Positions 42,247-51,491 of a stretch of 64,000 nt of DNA are shown in pieces. Within the stretch, counting starts at the first letter, position 1. Each line of letters opens with the position of its first letter. Origin of the DNA: an uncultured Acidobacteriota bacterium (GTDB lineage: Bacteria > Acidobacteriota > Vicinamibacteria > Vicinamibacterales > CAVVIG01); the NCBI GenBank assembly GCA_963749565.1, contig CAVVNL010000003.1, forward strand, positions 59,387 to 123,386, given 5' to 3'. The position numbers were made by a program, and so were the translations under genes. Below the pieces are notes generated by a model, which did not search any database, was not told where the DNA came from, and was given only the letters and a program-made list of their open reading frames with translations.

Positions 42247-44667
42247 TTACGGTGCGCGTTGAGCCTCGAGCGTTGAAACGTCCTTCTTCATTCTCTTCTG
42301 AAACGGGTCGCTTTCGACGATGCCGAGCAACAGCGACGAGAACCGATTGTCATTCGCGGCGGCGCGCCGGGTAATCGCGCGCACGGTCGGCATGTCGGCG
42401 CCGTGGTCCACCGGGCGGCCGAGCGCGTAAATCAGCAGTTTTTCGGTGATGGTCGTCATCACCGCACCGGATCGGTCGAGCAGCGCTTGGCGAAGGTCAG
42501 CCGGACCGTTGAGCGGCGTGCCGTCGGCGAGCTGGCCGGACGAATCGATCGGCGCCTCGCCTTCCCGATCGCGCCAGGTGCCCACCAGATCGAAATTCTC
42601 CAAGGCGAAGCCCATCGGGTCCATCACCTTGTGGCACGACGCGCACACCGGATTCGCCCGGTGCGCCTCCAGGCGCTGCCGCAGCGTGACGGGCTTGACC
42701 GCCGGATCCTGCTCCAGATTCGTCTCGACGCCCGGGGGAGGCTCCGGAGGCGGCACGCCGAGCAGGTTCTCCAGGATCCATTTACCGCGGGACACCGGGG
42801 ACGTCCGCGTGGCGACCGAGGTCACCGTCAGAAAGCTGGACTGCCCGATCAACCCGCGGCGCGGACTCGCCGGGTCGAGCGGGACGCGACGGAAGTAGCT
42901 GCCCCGGACATCCGGGATGCCGTAGTGACGGGCGAGCCGTTCGTCCACGTACGTGAAATCGGCGTCGATCAGGTCGAGCAGGCTCCGATCCTCGCGGACG
43001 ATCGCGCTGAAGAGCATCTCGGTTTCGCGCCGGAACGCCTCGCGCAGGTTGTCGTTGAAATTCTTGGCGTCGGTTTGCACGCCCTCCAGTTCACGCAGGT
43101 ACAGCCACTGTCCGGCGAAGTTACTGATCAGCGCGTCCGACCTGGGATCCGCCAGCATCCGCCTGACCTGCCGCTCGAGCTCCTGCGGATCCCGAAGCCG
43201 ATTCTTGACGGCCGCGTCCAGCAGTTCGTCGTCGGGAATGCTGCTCCAGAGGAGGAACGACAACCGCGACGCCAGATCCACGTCGCTGATGCGATAGACC
43301 GTGCCGGCGGCAACGTTCGGCGGCTCTTCCTCGGCGCGGAACACGAACCGCGGCGCGACGAGCACCCGCGCGAGCGCCTGCTGAATCCCGTGCTCGAAGT
43401 CTTCTTCCTTGCGGCCCTGCTGATAAAACCCCATCAGGGTGTCGATCTCCGCGGCAGACACGGGCCCGCGATAGGCGCGGCGCGCCAGCGTGGTCACGAT
43501 CTGCCGGGCGCACGCGGTTTCATCAGCGGGCGCCTTGGGACGGCACACGAAGATCCGGCGCCGGCTGGGCGTGTCGCCGACGCCGGTCGCGTTGAACGGA
43601 CCGGTAATCGTGACGGTGTTGACACCGCCCGCCGGCGTGAACGCGGCATCGATCCGGAAGTCCGAGTAGATGTCGTCGACGCCCGCGCCCCGCAGCCGGT
43701 CGACGACCGCGGCGCCGATCACGTGCGGTCCGGCGGTGATCGGCAGGCGGAACGTGCGGGGATTGTCCACCTCGATCGTCTCGCCGTCGAGGGTGACGTC
43801 GATCGCGGCGCCGCCCGCGATCCCCCCGCCGCCTCCGCCGCCGCCGCCCACGTTGAACTCATATTCGGCATCCAGCGGAAACGTGTGCTGAATCAACAGG
43901 CCGCCACGGGTGCCGATCGGCAGCCCCTCGATGTGACGGTCCTGGGCCAGCCGGCCCGGGACTGAATACGAAATCTGGCTCGGGGCCAGGGTGCGATCGC
44001 CCACGGCCTGGCGACTGATCTTCATCGCCGCGGAGACGTACCCCTGAATGAGCGAGGGCGAGACGCTCAAGGCCTCCGCGATGTTGTCGAAGCCTTCGCT
44101 CGAGCCGTCCGCGGGAAGGAGTGTCGTCACGTCCACGTCCAACGCCAGCAGGTCGCGGATCGCGTTGGCGTACTCGTTCCGGTTCAGCCGGTGCAGCGCG
44201 GGGGTGGCGAGGTTCGCGCCCGGCACCGCGGCGCGATCGAGACTGGCTTCGAGCTGCGAGGCGAATCCGTCCAGGACCGCGCGCTCGGGGCGGCGGGCGC
44301 CGCCAGGGGGCATCATCCCCGTTCTGATCTTCCGAACGGCCTTCTCCCACGTCTCCGCGTCAGCGCCTACGCGCGTGATGTCCAGAGCGTCGAGCGCCAG
44401 TCCGGCGGTCTTCAACTGCTGGTTGTGACACGTGATGCAGGACCGCTTGAGAAACGCCGGATCGGGCGACGCGGTCTGTGCCGATGCGTTTTGTGCCGGT
44501 GCGGTCTGTGCCGCCGAGGTCCGGCCAACGCCGGACACGACATACCGACTGTGCGTCGCGTCTGACTTCGTGACCGCCGTAGCCTTGGCGGAGGTGGTTG
44601 GCCAGACCGTGACGAGCGGTACGACAACGAGCCAGGCAATCGCCAACGAAAAAAATCGTCGCATCAC
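42247..44667 (-). CDS. DUF1587/1595/1592/1588/1585 planctomycete-type cytochrome c protein
   Basis: CITCH..GMMPP, HRLNRNEYANAIRDLL, GFDN, LASRLSFLLWSSIPD, TSPVSRGKWIL, CASCH and GFALENFD. Confidence 0.93.
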   Translation of the reverse strand: MMRRFFSLAIAWLVVVPLVTVWPTTSAKATAVTKSDATHSRYVVSGVGRTSAAQTAPAQNASAQTASPDPAFLKRSCITCHNQQLKTAGLALDALDITRVGADAETWEKAVRKIRTGMMPPGGARRPERAVLDGFASQLEASLDRAAVPGANLATPALHRLNRNEYANAIRDLLALDVDVTTLLPADGSSEGFDNIAEALSVSPSLIQGYVSAAMKISRQAVGDRTLAPSQISYSVPGRLAQDRHIEGLPIGTRGGLLIQHTFPLDAEYEFNVGGGGGGGGGIAGGAAIDVTLDGETIEVDNPRTFRLPITAGPHVIGAAVVDRLRGAGVDDIYSDFRIDAAFTPAGGVNTVTITGPFNATGVGDTPSRRRIFVCRPKAPADETACARQIVTTLARRAYRGPVSAAEIDTLMGFYQQGRKEEDFEHGIQQALARVLVAPRFVFRAEEEPPNVAAGTVYRISDVDLASRLSFLLWSSIPDDELLDAAVKNRLRDPQELERQVRRMLADPRSDALISNFAGQWLYLRELEGVQTDAKNFNDNLREAFRRETEMLFSAIVREDRSLLDLIDADFTYVDERLARHYGIPDVRGSYFRRVPLDPASPRRGLIGQSSFLTVTSVATRTSPVSRGKWILENLLGVPPPEPPPGVETNLEQDPAVKPVTLRQRLEAHRANPVCASCHKVMDPMGFALENFDLVGTWRDREGEAPIDSSGQLADGTPLNGPADLRQALLDRSGAVMTTITEKLLIYALGRPVDHGADMPTVRAITRRAAANDNRFSSLLLGIVESDPFQKRMKKDVSTLEAQRAP
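44518..44608. repeat. REP-like element inserted in frame in the DUF1592 gene
   Basis: GGTCCGGCCAACGCCGGACACGAC resembles the 36042/36152 palindromes; the element encodes WPTTSAKATAVTKSDATHSRYVVSGVGRT. Confidence 0.7.
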
Positions 44668-44761
44668 AGCGAACGGTTCCCGGTCGCGTCAATAACCATA
44701 TGGTTGGATCCTCCGCTGCCCCCAGCGCCAGCTAAAGCGAGAAAAAGCAGGCTCCGTCAAG

Positions 44762-44806
44762 ATCCTAGGTCCAGTCCACAGGCGGCGGCTGCAAAAATCC
44801 GTCAAA
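44762..44806 (-). promoter_or_regulatory. Conserved promoter element TTGACG-N4-TTTG plus TAGGAT -10
   Basis: 38-nt offset; lies upstream of the DUF1592 operon. Confidence 0.55.
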
Positions 44807-45090
44807 TCGAAATTCACGAGCGCGTGTCTGACGGTCGCCGGCCATGTCCTGTTCTTGAAGGCTTCAGGCACGCCAACCGCCTGGGTCACGCGTTGGCTCC
44901 CAGCGGATTGATCACTTGTACCGAGCCGTAATTCTGCCCATCGGAATTGGTCGCACAGCGTAGCCAGAGGGTTGTTCACACACTTCTCCACTCCCTCTGA
45001 TTGACTTATCTTCTTCGGACCAAAAAGAAGCGCTACCGGCGAGGTTCACGAGCGTCGCCGACTTCACCGCTCCTCTGTCGCGCAACTAGT

Positions 45091-45744
45091 TCAGACCGGG
45101 CTGAACGACGTTCGGGGCACGCCGGCGCCGATCGGGATGTCCCTCTGGGCCGCCCGCACGGCCGCGCGAAACAGTCCACGCATTTCGGCATGGCTGCTCC
45201 TGCTGAACTGCAGGACGGTCAGCTCGAGGGATTCTGCGGGATCGCGACGCGAGCGACCGACATCCCGCCAGATGGACTCGATCTCGGCCCGCAGTCCGGT
45301 GACGTCATGGCCGGACCCCACCAGCACCAGCACCTTTTGCAGCGGTGCTCGCCGCAGCACCTCGGTGAGCTCGTAGCGCGTGCCCAGTCGCGTGCCGGCA
45401 TACTCGCGCAGGTCCAGCAGGATCACGCCCGCCCGCTCCATCATCTCGAGCACCGTCGGCTGCCACGTGTCCGCCGTGCAATACACCTCGGTCACGCGGA
45501 AGCGACCATCCGGGTCGCGCAGGCGGTCGAGTGTCGCGACGCGTGGCGCCACTTCGCCCGGATCGGCGATGAAGTGCTCGCGCAGGCGGCCTCGCAGGTA
45601 CGTGAAGAACTCGTCCGGCTCCATGTAGGCGCCGGCGAGATCCGGTCCGGCGATCATCCAGACCGGCGCGGCAAACCGCCAGTGAGCGAAGAACCGGTCC
45701 GTGAACGCCTGCGATCGACCCGACGGTTTGAACACTCTCAGCAA
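45091..45744 (-). pseudogene. 5'-truncated paralog of the C-terminal domain of 62147..63865
   Basis: Shared LR.F, W...G..DLAG..EP.E...RGR, DPDGRFRV.E..C...TWQ..V, LD.R and G..(Y/F)E; begins exactly at the duplicated soxC junction. Confidence 0.75.
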
Positions 45745-46100
45745 GCCTTCCCGGCCGCGGCTTCTACGAGATCACGGGGCTGGCGTGGACCGGTGGAGGC
45801 TCCGTGCGGAGAGTCGACGTGTCGATCGACGGTGGCCGGACCTACAAGGAGGCGCAGCTTCAGCAGCCGGTGCTTCCGTACGCGCACACACGCTTTCGCT
45901 TCGCGTGGGAGTGGAACGGCGAAGAGGCCGTACTGCAGTCGCGCTGCACCGATGAACGGGGCGAAGTGCAACCGACCATCGCCGAGGCGGCGAAGATTCT
46001 CGGCGTGACGCCGGAGTATTTCCTGCAGGCCGATCACTTCAATGGCATTCAGCCCTGGAAGGTCAACCGGGACGGAGGCATCCAGAGTGCGATGTACTAG
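45745..46100 (+). pseudogene. 3' fragment of a second soxC-like gene
   Basis: LPGRGFYEITGLAW..IQSAMY; same amino acid sequence as the C-terminus of 10385..11626. Confidence 0.9.
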
Positions 46101-46641
46101 GCTGCTGGCAGCGGCGATCGTGCTCTCTGCGTCTGCGACAGCACTCGCGCAGGGGCCGACCTATCGGCTGGGAACAACCCCAAGCGAAGCGGAAATCAAG
46201 GCGCGCGACACCGCGGTCTCGCCTCTGGGGAAGGAATTGCCGCCCGGGAGTGGCTCGGTGAGCGAGGGTTCAACCGTGTATGCACGCGATTGCGTCGCGT
46301 GTCACGGACCGAATGGGACGGGAACGAAATTGCATCGCGGGCTCATACCGCTGGGCAATGCGAAGCCTGTGAAGATCGAGGGGAGTCTGGTCCCGTTCGC
46401 GACGACGGTCTGGGACTTCATCAACCGGGCCATGCCGTGGACGAAACCGGGAACGCTCACGCCGAACGAGGTCTATGCGGTGACCGCGTACGTGCTTTTT
46501 CTCAACGGCATCGTCAAGGAGAGCGACGTCCTCGATGCGACGACGCTTCCCAAAATCCGGATGCCGAACCGCGACAGATTCGTCACCGTCGAGATCGGCT
46601 TGAAACCCGGGGAGCGACGCCCGCTCGGACACTATCCATGA
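46087..46641 (+). CDS. SoxD-like monoheme cytochrome c, second copy
   Basis: Intact ORF with RBS and CVACH; four amino acid differences from copy 1. Confidence 0.85.
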   Translation: MRCTRLLAAAIVLSASATALAQGPTYRLGTTPSEAEIKARDTAVSPLGKELPPGSGSVSEGSTVYARDCVACHGPNGTGTKLHRGLIPLGNAKPVKIEGSLVPFATTVWDFINRAMPWTKPGTLTPNEVYAVTAYVLFLNGIVKESDVLDATTLPKIRMPNRDRFVTVEIGLKPGERRPLGHYP

Positions 46642-46651
46642 TCCCCTTACC

Positions 46652-47835
46652 CTACCCAGGGAAAGTGGTAACCAACGTCCACATCGGGTTCTTGCCGCCC
46701 TCGTAGACCTCCAAAGCCGTGAGCGTGCCCGTCTCCTGGTTGATTCGGTAGGACGCCACCTTGCCTGATTCTTGACCCGAGACGACCACAAAGGTGCCTT
46801 CCGGGTCGAGGCTGAAGGTCCTGGGAACGGGCTGTGTGGCAAACCAACCGTTCGCCGTGAGCCTGCCGGTGGATGGGTCGACGATGAAGCCCGCGATGCT
46901 GTTATGCCCGCGGTTGGAAACGTATAGGAATTTTCCCGAGGGAGTGATCAGAACCTCGGACGTGCTATTTCGCTCTTTGAAGTTCGCCGGCAACGTGGTG
47001 ATGGTTTGAACAGGCGTCAAAGTTCCTGCGGACGAATCGATGGCGTAAGCTGTCGTGCTGCTGCCCTGCTCGTCCGAGGAATACAGCATGTCCAGGGTCG
47101 GATGAAGGGACACATGCCTCGGGCCCAAGTACCTCCTTGAGCACGACCCTGGGCGGATCGTTCGGTGTGAGGTGCCCGGTCTTCTGGTCGAACTTGTACT
47201 GATAAATAGCGTTGGGCCCGCCTCTATCGGCGGTATGCGGCACGAACACGAACCGGTTGGACCGATCCGCCACGAATGCCATGCGGGCCATGATACGAGT
47301 GACGCCACTCCACGGGTGGAAACGCGATGACGCCGTCGTTGCTCACGGCGTGGACGCCAACGGTGCTCTGATAGAAGTAGACCGAAAGCAAGAATCTGCC
47401 GGTTCGGTCAGTAGCGACCGAAATCGGTTCGCCTTGCAGTGGAATGGTGCCAATCAAAGAGAGTCCACCCGTGCGTGGATCGATACGGTAGCTGGAAAGC
47501 TCGTGGGTAGCTCTGTGTCCCACGTAGAGAAACCTTCTGCGAGGATCGACAGCCAGAGGTGCTGGTCCGCCGGCGACTTTGACCTGCTCCTGCCAGTCGA
47601 GTTTTCCGGTCGCTTTATCCAACGTGAAAATCGAGATTCTGTTTTCATCCTGGAAAGCGACATATCCCAGAAACTTGTTTGCCTGGCTCCCCCCCGCCTG
47701 CGATTGGCCTGCCGCGGCCGCCCGGATGGGCGAGCCCGACGAGCCCGACGAACCCGACGAACCCACCTGGGCGGCGGCCAGCCCGATCGTTCTCCCGATC
47801 GTTCCAATAAAGTCGCGCCGGGTCGGCTGGCTCAT
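46652..47835 (-). CDS. Tat-exported lactonase (6-phosphogluconolactonase/cycloisomerase family), two frameshifts
   Basis: TRRDFI Tat motif; GPHG / DRSNRFVFVP / GPRH..HP..SDEQ..SGKFLYVSNRGHNSI..PRTFSLDP spread over three frames (shifts at ~47278 and ~47122). Confidence 0.82.
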
Positions 47836-47866
47836 GGCTGTTCCCTCCCGACCAACATGATCACGA

Positions 47867-48604
47867 TTACCGCGAAGATCTGGCAATCGAGACGTTGTCC
47901 AGCCTCCATCGGTCCCCATCTCCTTCGGCCGTGAAGCTCAGCGAGCTGAATGGCGTATCCGAAATGACGCCGAAGAAGCTGTTATAGCCGCTGCCCGCAT
48001 ACTCGAAGATCTCGCTGAAATCGAACAAGTGAGCTCGCAGCCGCATGGTCGTGTGGTCATTGCTGGTGGGTCCCCCTCCCTGGCCAAAGCCCTTGCCATC
48101 AACAGAATAGACATCCGCACCCCAGGCGAAGATGGGAGGATCGAATCTCAACTCGAGCGCCGTCGTCACGGGCCCGAGTGTCTCGTATCTGAGCTCCAGC
48201 CCTTGAATGGTCTCGGCGTTCTTGCCGTCTACGGATCCGGTTCCGGTCGTCCCGACGAAGATACCCGTCGGATGAGGATCGGGAGCCGTGTTGCCCGCCA
48301 GCTTGGGGTACCCGCCGGTCTGCGTAAAGAAGACGCTGAAATTCCCCACTGACGTGACCGTATTCACCGGAACTTCAACCGTATTGTTCTGGAAGTCATC
48401 GGTCATGATGGTGCCTTTCCTTGCCGTGACGGCGGCCGCCCACGCCGCGCGTCCAGCCTTGCCGCGCGTAGTCGACGTGGGAGCACGGTCGGAACCATCG
48501 ATGTAAATGGTCAGCATCTCCGCGTGAACGATTGTCGAAATCAGTGCGACGCCGCAAAGTACGCTAAGGACGCTAATTACTGGGAGCTTGTTCTGAATCG
48601 TCAT
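47867..48604 (-). CDS. Secreted hypothetical beta-sandwich protein
   Basis: Signal peptide; FAWGAD..FFGVISDTPFSSLSF..LDNVSI. Confidence 0.65.
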   Translation of the reverse strand: MTIQNKLPVISVLSVLCGVALISTIVHAEMLTIYIDGSDRAPTSTTRGKAGRAAWAAAVTARKGTIMTDDFQNNTVEVPVNTVTSVGNFSVFFTQTGGYPKLAGNTAPDPHPTGIFVGTTGTGSVDGKNAETIQGLELRYETLGPVTTALELRFDPPIFAWGADVYSVDGKGFGQGGGPTSNDHTTMRLRAHLFDFSEIFEYAGSGYNSFFGVISDTPFSSLSFTAEGDGDRWRLDNVSIARSSR

Positions 48605-48780
48605 TGTTGTCCTGATGTCGCCGTCCAGCGCGCCTGCGCTTCCGATAGCGCACTGACGTCGGTGAAACTTCGAACATTATAGATAATTGCGCCCATCGAC
48701 CTCGGCGCACAGCGGCGTGACGCCCGCCGCTCTTCGTCACTACTCCGTGCCCCACCTGGCCCACCGGCGTTGACATGTCA

Positions 48781-49736
48781 TCACCGTCCACATCCTCTCT
48801 GCCCATGACAGATATCGACACACGCCCTCGACCGCGAACTGAAGCGAGGATCGTCGAACTCGAAGACGATGCTGCGGTGATTGCCGGAGCCGGCGAGCCA
48901 CCAGATCCCGTTGCCATCCTCTTCGGCCGTCACGACGATCGCGGGCGGGACCGGCGGCGGCGCCGCCTTGACGGCCTCGGGTGCCGCAAGGTCGACGGCA
49001 TCGCCGTCCACCATGTTCCTCGTCACCTGCAAGTCGAACTGCAGGTACTTGTCGATATTCGTCGTCAGCCGCTTCGGCAGCTTCAGGCCGTTGACGTCCT
49101 CGTAGTCCGAAAACGACGTCGCGATCGTCACGTCGTCCATGTTCGGGTGGGCGGCCATCGAGGTCACACGCGACGGCAGCTTCGTGGCGCTGTCGATCGC
49201 GAGCGTCAGCAGGTCCCCCCTGGCAGTGGTGATGCCGACGAACTGTTCAGCCCCTGCTGCCGGGGATTGGCGAGCCTGGCGGCCGGATCGAGCGCCGCCC
49301 GGACGATCGCCAGGGGATGATGCAGCCCTTCGATTCGCCGATCGCGCGCCGCCGCGTCTCCCTGGCGCGCCGGCTTGCCGTCCTGACCGACGGTGTAGGC
49401 GAATCGCCGTCGAGCCGCTGATCCTGCCGCCGGGTCAAGGCTCCGGCAAAGAGAAACTTCGCGTCGCGGCGTTGCTCGATGCGCATGCGCGCGTTCGCCA
49501 GATCCGTCGTGCGCCTGTACTCCGACACCTGCCACACCGGCAGCTCGCCGTCGGGCATCGTGTTCTGCCCCACGTTCGGCGCCGGTCCGCGCCTTCGATC
49601 GTCAGCGTCTTCGACGCGAGCAGCCGATCCTTTCGCCGAGCGCCGCGGCCGCATCGTCGACCGCTTTCCTTTCGTGTGGCACCTGCGCACAACTCACGGT
49701 CCACGCGATCGCCAGAACGGTCAGGCACTGTCTCAT
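48781..49736 (-). pseudogene. Degraded large secreted hydrolase gene (MBL-fold type)
   Basis: ATG at 49736 with RBS; fragments in several frames (PNVGQNTMPDGELPVWQV, LHHP, FSDYEDVNGLKLP, GIWWLAGSGNHRSIVFEFDD); truncated before the metal-binding motif. Confidence 0.65.
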
Positions 49737-49959
49737 GAGCATCTCCTGTTGAGAAGCGGTGCCGGTATACGGCGACCTGAGAGGGACCCCACGGCACGAG
49801 CCGCTTCAGCTCCTGAGCTCAAATGGACCTCTGGAGGGGACGCGGGCAGCCGGCTCGAGCGTGCGGCGCTTGACGCGACGCCTCGCAGAAACCTGAGACG
49901 TGCGGTATTGAACACATGGCGGAGCAGTTACTGCGCCAAACTGACACAAGGTACTCTAG

Positions 49960-50760
49960 ATGCAGCAGCTCGCGCTCGTCGACCGTGTCGGCACCCGTGT
50001 TCTCGGTCTCTTTGAAGTCGTCGGCGCGATTGCCACCTTTGGCGGGCGCGCTGTCGTCGAGTCCGTTCGTCCTCCCTACGAAGGGCGCGAAGTCCTCAGG
50101 CATCTCTTTCAGTTCGGGTACCGCTCCGCACCGCTGATTCTGACGGCGGGGTTCGCCATCGGCGTCGTGCTGTCGATGCACACGCGCGCCTCACTAGAGC
50201 GCTTCGGCGCCGAGGCCATGATTCCCGCCGGCCTTGCCATTGCGCTGATCCGGGAGACTGGCCCGCTGACCGCCGGCCTCCTCGTCGCCGGGCGCGTCGG
50301 CGCCGGCATCGGGGCAGAAATCGGCGCGATGAAAGTGACCGAGCAGATCGATGCGCTCGAAGCGAATGCCGTCGACGCGTTCAAGTATCTGGCGGTCACG
50401 CGCATCATCGCGCTGATGATCGCGATGCCGCTGCTCACGATCATGATGGACTTCGCCGGCATCTTCGGCGGCTATGTCGCGGAGGCGGCGGTGTCGGGCA
50501 TGTCGTGGCGCGTGTATTTCGAGAGCGCCTTCAGTTACATCGCCTTTTCGGACATCATTCCCGCGACGCTGAAAACCATCGTGTTCGGCTATCTGATTGC
50601 GATGGCCTCCAGCTATCTCGGCTTCACGACGAGCCGCGGCACCGAAGGCGTGGGCGAGGCGTCCACGCGCAGCGTCGTCATGGGATCGATGCTGATCATT
50701 CTGAGCGACGTCATCCTCGTCAAGATCATCTTCTTCTTCTATCCGGCGGTGTCGGGATGA
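49960..50760 (+). CDS. mlaE: MlaE-family ABC permease
   Basis: RETGPLTAGLLVAGRVGAGIGAEIGAMKVTEQIDALE and GVGEASTRSVV. Confidence 0.93.
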   Translation: MQQLALVDRVGTRVLGLFEVVGAIATFGGRAVVESVRPPYEGREVLRHLFQFGYRSAPLILTAGFAIGVVLSMHTRASLERFGAEAMIPAGLAIALIRETGPLTAGLLVAGRVGAGIGAEIGAMKVTEQIDALEANAVDAFKYLAVTRIIALMIAMPLLTIMMDFAGIFGGYVAEAAVSGMSWRVYFESAFSYIAFSDIIPATLKTIVFGYLIAMASSYLGFTTSRGTEGVGEASTRSVVMGSMLIILSDVILVKIIFFFYPAVSG

Positions 50761-51491
50761 ACGCGGTGCGATTCGACCATGTGTCCAAGGCGTTCGGCAC
50801 GCTGACCGTGCTCGACGACATCTCGTTCGACATCCCGGCAGGCCAGGCGTTCTGTCTCCTCGGACGCAGCGGGACCGGCAAAAGCGTGACCCTCCGGCAC
50901 ATCGTCGGGCTGGTGCAGCCGGACAGCGGCAAAGTGTTCGTGGGGGACCGCGACATCACCGCGCTGGCCGGGCGCGAGCTCGCGGAGGTGCGGAAGCACA
51001 TGGGTTTTCTGTTTCAAAACGCTGCGCTGTTCGACTCGATGTCGGTCGGCGAGAACGTGGCGTTTCCAATGCGCCGCCATACGGATTGGAGCGAGACCGA
51101 GATTCACGAACGGGCGACGAAGAAGCTCGCGGACGTGGGCCTCGAAAGGGATTTCGACAAGATGCCGGGGGATTTGTCGGGCGGCATGAAGAAACGGGCC
51201 GGTCTGGCGCGCGCCATGGCGCTCGACCCGCCGATCCTGCTCGTCGACGAGCCGAGCGCCGGCCTGGATCCGATTACCGCCGGCGAGATCGACGAGCTCC
51301 TCGTCGAGACGAAAAAGCGCGGGACCACGCTCGTCGTGGTCACGCACAACATTCCGAGCGCGCGTGTCATCGGCGACGTGTTCGCCGTGCTGCAGGAAGG
51401 ACGAATGCTCGCGAGTGGAACAATCGAGGCGCTCGACGCGAGCGAAGAGCCGCTCGTCCAGGCGTTCATGCGATCACAGGGAGGTGGCTAG
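50757..51491 (+). CDS. mlaF: MlaF-family ABC ATPase
   Basis: GRSGTGKS, FQNAALFDSM, LSGGMKKRAGLARA and DEPSAGLDP; ATGA overlap with mlaE. Confidence 0.93.
   Translation: MNAVRFDHVSKAFGTLTVLDDISFDIPAGQAFCLLGRSGTGKSVTLRHIVGLVQPDSGKVFVGDRDITALAGRELAEVRKHMGFLFQNAALFDSMSVGENVAFPMRRHTDWSETEIHERATKKLADVGLERDFDKMPGDLSGGMKKRAGLARAMALDPPILLVDEPSAGLDPITAGEIDELLVETKKRGTTLVVVTHNIPSARVIGDVFAVLQEGRMLASGTIEALDASEEPLVQAFMRSQGGG

Larger units (their letters stand above)
45745..46643 (+). repeat. Near-identical copy of 11271..12169 (soxC 3' end plus cytochrome gene)
   Basis: Collinear at offset 34474; about 14 substitutions in ~900 bp by eye, no indels. Confidence 0.97.

Noticed and set aside
44689-44991. 100-aa minus-strand ORF
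   Set aside because: No motif or RBS, and it overlaps the predicted promoter of the DUF1592 operon.
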